From Candidatus Electronema aureum (lineage in GTDB: Bacteria > Desulfobacterota > Desulfobulbia > Desulfobulbales > Desulfobulbaceae): DNA of 32,000 nt. The translations under genes were made by a program, and so were the position numbers. The stretch is from the NCBI GenBank assembly GCA_004284765.1, contig NQJD01000002.1:90001-122000 (forward strand), read 5' to 3'. The notes beneath the pieces were generated by a model. It was not told the DNA's origin. It worked only from the letters and a program-made list of their open reading frames with translations, and ran no database searches. Shown one piece after another: positions 1 to 6,283 of this stretch. The number at the start of each line of letters is the position of its first letter. Position 1 is the first letter of the stretch.

Positions 1-443
1 TCATCTTCATGCTCAAGACGCTGCTTCACTTCCTCGGCAAGAAAGTTGACAATTCCAGCAAAATGCCGACGTTTTCCGTAATGCGCTTGCTGCGCCAGGC
101 TTTCCGCCAGCACCTTGAGCACATCGCTGTGCGGATCATCGGCGGAGCTGAAATCAATCAGGTAAAAAACTGCTGATTCTTTCCGGTGTTGTGCAGCCAA
201 GGTCAGCAGGCTGGTTGCAATCATGCCTTTAGCCGCTTCATCGTCTTGCCCGACAATCGCCAGATTGCTGCCGCTTTGCCGCCGGAACTGCGCCACAGTC
301 GCCTCTTTGATGGCAATCGGCTCGCCCAGCCAAGCGGAAAAACGTTTCAGCGGCGCGGTAGTTGGAGGATGCAGCAGGCGCGTTGCCTTCAAAAACAATC
401 TGGCTTTGCGGGAAAGCGAAATTTTGCTGCCGGGCCAGAGCAT
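1..443 (-). CDS. Third (degenerate) FtsK-like P-loop domain of the EssC-like ATPase. It lies in a frame offset by one nt from ORF 238..3006 and runs off the left window edge (partial).
   Basis: Minus-strand translation of 3..443 in the offset frame is stop-free to the edge. It reads ..PLKRFSAWLGEPIAIKEATVAQFRRQSGSNLAIVGQDDEAAKGMIATSLLTLAAQHRKESAVFYLIDFSSADDPHSDVLKVLAESL... This parallels the entry into the canonical domain (IPLGPVGANRVQFLELGKGTSHHALIAGKIGSGKSTLLHVLIVNLALTYSPDEVQFYLIDFKKG), but GQDDEAAKG replaces Walker A. It is absent from the ORF track because it has no stop inside the window. Confidence 0.6.
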   Translation of the reverse strand, partial: MLWPGSKISLSRKARLFLKATRLLHPPTTAPLKRFSAWLGEPIAIKEATVAQFRRQSGSNLAIVGQDDEAAKGMIATSLLTLAAQHRKESAVFYLIDFSSADDPHSDVLKVLAESLAQQAHYGKRRHFAGIVNFLAEEVKQRLEHED

Positions 444-3006
444 TAATCTTGTCCAAATATTGATCCCGCTCCTCATCAGGCAGCCATGCGACTTGAAACG
501 GATTGTTGCCTTCAACCAAGCCGTTTGCCGCATTATAGATCGCCTCGCCGGGCCGGGAAAGCAGCCGCGCAGCCGCGTTGTCATCGCTCAGAATCAGGCG
601 GGAATCCGTTTCGCTGCATTGCAAGGCAATTCTGACCGCCATTTGATCAATGGTGCTGCGAGCTAAGGTGTAGGTTCCGGCCAAAGTCTGCGAACCCAAG
701 ATGATATGAACGCCGAAGGCCCGGCCTTGACGCACCAAGCGGTCTAAAATTTGCGAGACCTTGGCAGCGACCGGATCATCTTCTGTGAAAAATTCCTGAA
801 ATTCATCCACAAGCAGGATGATGCGCGGCATGATCTGGCTGGTTTTCCGGCGGTAATTTTTCAAATCGGCAACTTCCGCCTTGCGGAAGAGGTCGCCGCG
901 CCGCTTCAGCAAGGCATCTAAATCTTGCAGAACGCTCAGGCCAAACTCGCGTTCGCTTTCAATGGCGATTACCCGCGCATGAGGCAGAGCATGTGCGGCA
1001 TAGGTTTTGAACTCCACGCCTTTCTTGAAGTCAATCAGGTAGAACTGCACTTCATCAGGGCTGTAGGTGAGCGCCAAATTGACGATGAGGACATGCAGTA
1101 GCGTTGATTTGCCGGAGCCTATTTTGCCAGCAATCAGCGCGTGATGGGATGTTCCTTTGCCCAGCTCAAGAAATTGCACCCGGTTTGCGCCCACCGGGCC
1201 AAGCGGAATGCGGATTTCCTCGGCAGTGCTGCCGCGCTGCCATGCTTCGGGGCTTAGTCCAGCCTTTTCCAAGATTTTTGCAAAGGGAACTTCCACCCGC
1301 ATTGCTGCCACTGCCGCTTTGCCGACCTGACTGATGATGGTGTTGAAATATTCCTGCGCTGGCGGTTCATCCAGCGAGAGCAGGCATTTAAAGTCACGTG
1401 CCCCCCATATTAGCTGATTTTCATTTTCATACGAATGGAAAACTCTAGTATGTCGTCCAATATTTCTGATATCAAATCTATGCGGCATATTTTTTTCACG
1501 ATCGCAAATAATGATGGTGTAGATGCCGCAGCGCGGACCATTTTGGAGAATGCTGATCAAACGGCGCACTGCATCTTCGCTGAAGTTGGCTGGAAAATCA
1601 TTGATGATCAGGAAACGGTACGGTTCCGTCAGCTCGCCTGCATAGGAGTTGAATTCCTCAATGGTTTTGTAAGTGTTGCGCAAATATTTCTGAATGACAT
1701 TCTCAATATGCTCAGTCAGCTCGCCAAGCCGCTGCTCGATATGTCGCGGCTCTGACCATGCTTTTGTTGTGACCAAAGATTCATCGTAATCCGCCAGATG
1801 CAGAAATGCGGCGGCATTTTGACCAAGACCGACAGGATCAATAAAGGTGAAGCGCAGTTTTCCCGGCGGAATTGATGCGGTCAGGCGCAGCAGGAGGGAT
1901 TGAAGCTGCTTGGCGATGAGGTTTCTTTCCTCTCCGTTTATCGAGAAGAGAATTCCTTGCTCAGAAGGAAAGGGCAGCAGAGCGGGCATGGAAAACTGAC
2001 AGTCTTTGATTCTACTTTTGTCTCCATTCCATCGTCCGGTGGTCAGTTCTCCAATGCGAATCATGTCGGGCAGCTTTGATGCGACATTCCAGCTTTGCCA
2101 AAATTCATCATCCCAGCGTGGAGATGAAGTGTCAACAGCTTGCTTGTATGCTGAAATCCTCCGATGCAGTTCTGCTAATTTTGCCTCAAATTCTTTTTGC
2201 GCAGTTTGCCTGATATTTTCGTAATTATCCTCAATCGTTTGAATCCGCTTCTCGTGTTTCTTCTCATTCTCCGCCATTCTCTCATTATAGAGCCGTTCTT
2301 CGTTTTTAATGAGCTGGTCAGCCTTCTGCACGCATTCGTTGTATATTTCTTTTGCCTCTATCGTTATTTGCAAAATATGAGAGTAGTATTTCTTTGGTTT
2401 CAGATAGAAGGTAAATATATAATTAAACTCAATAGATATTGATACAACAAAGGAGAATATTGCCGCTGATAATATCCATAATGTATCGTCGATTCTGTTT
2501 AAGTAGCAAAAAAATTTAGCTATAGTTCCTGTTATTATCCATAAAAAGAAAAATTCTATAAAAAATAGCGCTAATAGACTTTTGACAGTTTTTTTATCAT
2601 TATTAATACACGAGTTTATTTTTCCAGAAAAATCATCTGCTTGATTAAAATATGATTTAAGCGCATCTATAGCAGCTCTATTTTTCTGTACAAATGATTC
2701 TCCTGACGGATATATATTAAATATATCAAAAATATAAGATATTTTTTCTTTTGACTTGCTGCTGCATATAGATAGGTTGTTCATGTATGAAGATAATTCT
2801 CTATTTTTATTATTTATTGCTTGCGTATCTGAATCAAATTGAGATTTAATTTCTTTAGCCGTGTAATTGTAACTATCAGTTGCCTGCTGTTTTTCTTGGT
2901 TGTATCTCCTTTCAACGTCCAGTTTCACCTGATTGTTATCTTTAATAATTTCACCAAATTGTGTCATCAAAACTGTCTGCATTTCATCAAAATTTATCTC
3001 GCTCAT
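238..3006 (-). CDS. Membrane-anchored multi-domain FtsK/SpoIIIE-family ATPase (EssC/EccC-like, T7SS-type)
   Basis: 922-aa ORF with AGGAGG 6 nt upstream of the ATG at 3006. It has two hydrophobic helices (LALFFIEFFFLWIITGTIAKFF and WILSAAIFSFVVSISIEFNYIFTF) followed by a coiled-coil stretch. Next comes a degenerate FtsK-like domain with no Walker A (ILFSINGEERNLIAKQ) and FLIINDF at the Walker B position. A canonical domain follows, with Walker A GKIGSGKST (1102..1128) and Walker B LLVDEFQ (DE at 802..807). The last ~45 codons (238..~380, Arg/Cys/Gly-rich) look like out-of-frame read-through. Confidence 0.85.
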   Translation of the reverse strand: MSEINFDEMQTVLMTQFGEIIKDNNQVKLDVERRYNQEKQQATDSYNYTAKEIKSQFDSDTQAINNKNRELSSYMNNLSICSSKSKEKISYIFDIFNIYPSGESFVQKNRAAIDALKSYFNQADDFSGKINSCINNDKKTVKSLLALFFIEFFFLWIITGTIAKFFCYLNRIDDTLWILSAAIFSFVVSISIEFNYIFTFYLKPKKYYSHILQITIEAKEIYNECVQKADQLIKNEERLYNERMAENEKKHEKRIQTIEDNYENIRQTAQKEFEAKLAELHRRISAYKQAVDTSSPRWDDEFWQSWNVASKLPDMIRIGELTTGRWNGDKSRIKDCQFSMPALLPFPSEQGILFSINGEERNLIAKQLQSLLLRLTASIPPGKLRFTFIDPVGLGQNAAAFLHLADYDESLVTTKAWSEPRHIEQRLGELTEHIENVIQKYLRNTYKTIEEFNSYAGELTEPYRFLIINDFPANFSEDAVRRLISILQNGPRCGIYTIIICDREKNMPHRFDIRNIGRHTRVFHSYENENQLIWGARDFKCLLSLDEPPAQEYFNTIISQVGKAAVAAMRVEVPFAKILEKAGLSPEAWQRGSTAEEIRIPLGPVGANRVQFLELGKGTSHHALIAGKIGSGKSTLLHVLIVNLALTYSPDEVQFYLIDFKKGVEFKTYAAHALPHARVIAIESEREFGLSVLQDLDALLKRRGDLFRKAEVADLKNYRRKTSQIMPRIILLVDEFQEFFTEDDPVAAKVSQILDRLVRQGRAFGVHIILGSQTLAGTYTLARSTIDQMAVRIALQCSETDSRLILSDDNAAARLLSRPGEAIYNAANGLVEGNNPFQVAWLPDEERDQYLDKINALARQQNFAFPQSQIVFEGNAPAASSNYRAAETFFRLAGRADCHQRGDCGAVPAAKRQQSGDCRARR

Positions 3007-3026
3007 TTTAATCCTCCTGTTGGTAT

Positions 3027-3054
3027 GTAGGGGCGAAAAATTTTTCGCCCCTAC
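3027..3054. repeat. 28-nt perfect palindrome GTAGGGGCGAAAAATTTTTCGCCCCTAC between the 78-aa gene and the ATPase gene
   Basis: Read directly: 14-nt arms with no spacer. On the coding (minus) strand it ends 20 nt before the ATPase ATG and just upstream of its AGGAGG. It is not followed by a U-tract. Confidence 0.9.
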
Positions 3055-3063
3055 CGAGTTTGA

Positions 3064-3300
3064 TTAACGCGCATTCCTTCTTATCTGCTCAAAAACATGC
3101 AGAAGATTATCCATTTCTCTCTGCACCAGTCGCACTTGATCAAATAACGGCATCATCACATTTCCGGCAAACTCCTGGCTCACCGGGTCATCCCATTCTG
3201 TTTTCGCCATCTCCCAGCGATGACGCAGCTTTCCCTGCTCTTCATGAAATTCATCAAGCTGCTGCGAAAGCAAAACTACGCATTGATCAAGACTTTCCAT
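3064..3300 (-). CDS. 78-aa helical-hairpin protein with a central W-x-D turn (WXG100-like partner or immunity protein)
   Basis: Start chosen at MESLDQ (ATG 3298..3300), which overlaps the last 14 nt of the upstream 388-aa gene. The longer M at 3360 would sit deep inside that gene. The sequence is helix-biased with TEWDDPVSQEF near the middle, similar to QTWRDQEHQKF in the 90-aa protein. Confidence 0.55.
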   Translation of the reverse strand: MESLDQCVVLLSQQLDEFHEEQGKLRHRWEMAKTEWDDPVSQEFAGNVMMPLFDQVRLVQREMDNLLHVFEQIRRNAR

Positions 3301-4453
3301 GAAAAATAACACCTTCGTGGTAAAAGATGAAATCCTGCTTCCCCTCTGCCAGCTCTGCATTCGCCCTGCTGATTACTTCCGCAACGTTTCCAGAAAACCT
3401 GCCGTTGCTGACAAAATGGAACTCATGAATTTGACCTGTCCTGATCACATTTTTAATCCCTTCAACCTGCTCCTGAAACTCCTTCAGCCTGCCGCTGTAC
3501 GTCCCATGCAAGGCATGTTTGAAATCAACCCCGATCTCTTGCCCGTCAATCCACTGGCCATTCTCATAAAATCGTCGGCAAATCAGCAAATCAGCTTCGA
3601 CAGACCGCCTTTTTCCCGGCAGCTCTTTTGGGTTGAATTTGATTGAAAAATCAAGCCGGTCTGTCTCCGGTTGAATAAACAGCCGCTGCCCGCCGTTGCC
3701 TGCGTTCGAGCCGGAGCGGATCAGCGCAGCCGTGCCCAGCAGCTCATACAGAAAACCGGCAACCGATTTGTTGCGGTTGGCCAGCCGCGATTTCAGGATA
3801 GTTCCTGCCCGCATATCCCGCTGCGGCGAAAACCGCAGCAAACCCAGCGCGTCCGGCGTGACTGATAAAATCAAAGCAACAGTCTGCGACAGCTGCTGAA
3901 GATAGTCAGGGTAGCAGCTTGCGCTGGTGGGATTTTCAGCGGCAATCTGAAGCAGTAGTTCTTTGATCTCTTCTGCCGAAGACGGCTCCTGCGCAGGAAG
4001 AGCCGCCGCGCCACCGTGTTCCGCAGAAGAAAATCCGGCAAAACCAGCTCCGCTTTGCGCATTGACAGCACGGTACGCCTCAAGCTCCATGAACTTCCGC
4101 GCTAAGAACGACTCGGCCTTGGGAATTTCCTCGTGCAAAAAGTGCTGCAACCGGACGGCTTGTTGATGATACTGAGCGGCAGCCTCCTGCGCCTGCCGCC
4201 GCCAATGCAGAACAGCGTTCAGCTCTTCCTCGGCATGACGCAAGTGCTGCCTGTCATTGCGGGAGTTGTCCTGAGCGCGTTCCAGCTCCCGCCGCCCGTG
4301 CCGCTGCCGTTCATCAAGCCATGCTTCCGCCCGCTTGATTTCCCGGTTCACGCGGTCAAGCGTCTGCTGCGCCTCGCTGCGGAATGCCGCCAAACTGCTT
4401 TGCAGCTCCAGCAAAGCCTGAAACGACCGGACATTGGCCTGATTCGCGTTCAT
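3287..4453 (-). CDS. 388-aa modular protein and candidate secreted effector: an N-terminal WXG100-like helical domain, an Ala/Gly/Ser linker, and a ~210-aa C-terminal globular domain
   Basis: The start ATG overlaps the TAA of the upstream gene (TAATG). The N-terminal ~130 aa is heptad-like and helical, with AEAWLDERQ at residue 45. The linker is NAQSGAGFAGFSSAEHGGAAALPAQEPSSAEE. The C-terminal part carries acidic and basic residues spaced like a PD-(D/E)xK core (GFLYELL .. RLDFSI .. VEADLLI .. GVDFKH). This fold assignment is tentative. Confidence 0.7.
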   Translation of the reverse strand: MNANQANVRSFQALLELQSSLAAFRSEAQQTLDRVNREIKRAEAWLDERQRHGRRELERAQDNSRNDRQHLRHAEEELNAVLHWRRQAQEAAAQYHQQAVRLQHFLHEEIPKAESFLARKFMELEAYRAVNAQSGAGFAGFSSAEHGGAAALPAQEPSSAEEIKELLLQIAAENPTSASCYPDYLQQLSQTVALILSVTPDALGLLRFSPQRDMRAGTILKSRLANRNKSVAGFLYELLGTAALIRSGSNAGNGGQRLFIQPETDRLDFSIKFNPKELPGKRRSVEADLLICRRFYENGQWIDGQEIGVDFKHALHGTYSGRLKEFQEQVEGIKNVIRTGQIHEFHFVSNGRFSGNVAEVISRANAELAEGKQDFIFYHEGVIFHGKS

Positions 4454-4725
4454 TATCGCTGATCGATATAGTCGCGGGCGCGTTGAGCCTTTTTCTGAAG
4501 GAAGGGGATATGCTGCTCAGAAATTTGCAAAAACCGCTCAATTTGTTTGACCGTCTGCTGATATTCCTGCGCAAATTTCTGATGCTCCTGATCACGCCAC
4601 GTCTGGCCCAGCGCATTAAACTGCCCGTTGAGCTGCCCCATGCTCTGCCGGAGCTGCATATTGAACTGCTTCAGGTTATGGGAAAAACGGGCCAGCTCTT
4701 CGGGATCAACAATAGCTTGCGGCAT
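4453..4725 (-). CDS. 90-aa WXG100/ESAT-6-like helical hairpin protein (W-x-D variant)
   Basis: Start moved to MPQAIVDPEEL because AGGAGG lies 7 nt upstream of the ATG at 4723..4725. The product is 90 aa and predicted all-helical, with the Trp turn QTWRD at residues 41-45, the position of W-x-G in WXG100 proteins. It is first in an operon that ends with an FtsK-like ATPase. Confidence 0.65.
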   Translation of the reverse strand: MPQAIVDPEELARFSHNLKQFNMQLRQSMGQLNGQFNALGQTWRDQEHQKFAQEYQQTVKQIERFLQISEQHIPFLQKKAQRARDYIDQR

Positions 4726-4769
4726 GGTGAGACCTCCTGTTGTGGTTGCGGTGCCGGTTGTAATTGCCC

Positions 4770-4799
4770 AGCATAACGCGCTGAGAAGCAAGCTGTCAA
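4770..4799 (-). promoter_or_regulatory. Candidate sigma-70 promoter for the T7SS-like operon
   Basis: On the minus strand: TTGACA (4794..4799), 18 nt spacer, TATGCT (4770..4775). It lies about 45 nt upstream of the 90-aa gene start, between that start and the DUF1015 stop. Confidence 0.4.
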
Positions 4800-4816
4800 C
4801 CGGCGCAGATGGTAGC

Positions 4817-6187
4817 TTACAACAAGCCCACCGCCTCATCTAACTTCCGTATCAGCAGGCCGGTGAGGAGCTTCGGATAGAAGAAGGTGGATTTGTGCGG
4901 CATGATGTTGCCGCTATCCGCGACCTTCAGTACCTGTGCCACCTTGGTTGGGTTAAGCAAGAGGAGCAGCGGGGTGTGGCCGTCCTCCACCACGCTCTGC
5001 TTAACTGCCGCATCCAAAGCCTCGTCCGGGTCACTGAGATAGCTAATCAGCTTGCTCGTGGCGCATTGCTCATGGCTGAGACCAAGGCAATGGCTGATCA
5101 GCACCTCAGAGAGAAGCACCACATCTAAATCACGCAGCACTGCTGGTTTATCAGCCAGCAGCGGCCCAGAGATCAGTGCCGCATCCTGAACAACCAGCAA
5201 GAAGGCGCGGTTTTCCCCAGCATGATACACCCCAAAGGCAGGCAGGCCACTGTCTGCGGCAGCTTCGTCCATTCGGTTGAAGGTCTCTGCGATCAGGCTT
5301 TCCCGGCTGCTGTTGCGCACTTCCTCCACCAGCAGGTGCTGCCGCATTCTGTCGGCAAGCTGGTCTGCACTCATCGCGCCTGGCCAGCGCACAAGGCGGT
5401 GCGTGGGCAGAACAGACAGGCCGGGGTCTTCGCAACCGCAGAGGTACATCATGATGAAGTTGCTCGGATGATCGATAGGCAGAGCAGGGTTCGCAGCTAA
5501 AGCACGGCGGCGATACTCCAAGGCAGTGGTGTAACGGTGATGGCCGTCAGCTATATACACCGGCTTATCCACAAAGAACCGCTGCACCTTAGCAATAGCT
5601 GCTGCATCTGTCACCCGCCAGAGGGTGTGCGTGTTGGCATTACCGTCTGTGACCTGAAGGAAAGCTTTGCTCTCCTGCACCTGCTCTAAGGTGCGGATCA
5701 CCTCTTGCTGCGGGTCAGAGTAGATGGAGAATATCTTGCTGAACTGCGCACTACAGGTCTCCATCAGCTTGAGACGGTCGCCAATGACACCGGCAAAGGT
5801 CTTCTCGTGCGGGCGGACAATGCCCTCGCTGAACTCCGCCAGCCCGACCAGACAGACTATGCCTTTGCGGGTCAGCCGTCTGCCGCCGGGGATAGTGTAG
5901 TCGGTGGCGTACAGGTAGATGGCGGGCTGCGCATCGCGGATCAGCACGGCTTCATCCTGCCAAGTAGCAAAGCGGTCGCGGGCTTGCAGATAGCGGCCAT
6001 CGTCCTCAGTCTCACCCTGCGAGGTGTTGCGCAGGTCAAGGTTGATCATCGAGTAGGGGTTCTTCTGGCGCAGCTTCTCGCCGTCTCTGGCAGAAATGAT
6101 GTCGTAGGGAGGAGTGATCACATCCTCCAGCCGGGCAATTTTCTCTTGGTTGTAGCGTACAGCGCGGAACGGGGCAACAGCAGCCAT
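4817..6187 (-). CDS. DUF1015 family protein
   Basis: The 456-aa N-terminus MAAVAPFRAVRYNQEKIARLEDVITPPYDIIS matches the characteristic DUF1015 opening (PF.A.RY ... PPYDVI). Confidence 0.85.
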   Translation of the reverse strand: MAAVAPFRAVRYNQEKIARLEDVITPPYDIISARDGEKLRQKNPYSMINLDLRNTSQGETEDDGRYLQARDRFATWQDEAVLIRDAQPAIYLYATDYTIPGGRRLTRKGIVCLVGLAEFSEGIVRPHEKTFAGVIGDRLKLMETCSAQFSKIFSIYSDPQQEVIRTLEQVQESKAFLQVTDGNANTHTLWRVTDAAAIAKVQRFFVDKPVYIADGHHRYTTALEYRRRALAANPALPIDHPSNFIMMYLCGCEDPGLSVLPTHRLVRWPGAMSADQLADRMRQHLLVEEVRNSSRESLIAETFNRMDEAAADSGLPAFGVYHAGENRAFLLVVQDAALISGPLLADKPAVLRDLDVVLLSEVLISHCLGLSHEQCATSKLISYLSDPDEALDAAVKQSVVEDGHTPLLLLLNPTKVAQVLKVADSGNIMPHKSTFFYPKLLTGLLIRKLDEAVGLL

Positions 6188-6283
6188 AATATTTCTCCCA
6201 GCGGATAAGGCAAAAGGGTATAACCGGATTTATGTCCGGCACGTTGAGTAGAACTCGATTTCAGGCAGGCCAGCACAATGCGT

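Noticed and set aside
4726-4816. A search for a sigma-54 (TGGCAC-N5-TTGC) promoter in front of the T7SS-like operon, prompted by rpoN in the window.
   Set aside because: Only loose GG/GC fragments were found (CCGGCACCGCAACC), with no acceptable -24/-12 match. A sigma-70-like TTGACA-N18-TATGCT fits better.
4726-4839. A 38-codon N-terminal extension of the WXG100-like ORF (MRRWACCKLPSAPVDS...) that overlaps the DUF1015 stop.
   Set aside because: The extension is Cys/Thr/Gly-rich and low in information. A strong AGGAGG sits 7 nt before the internal ATG at 4725, and the shorter product is the canonical ~90 aa.
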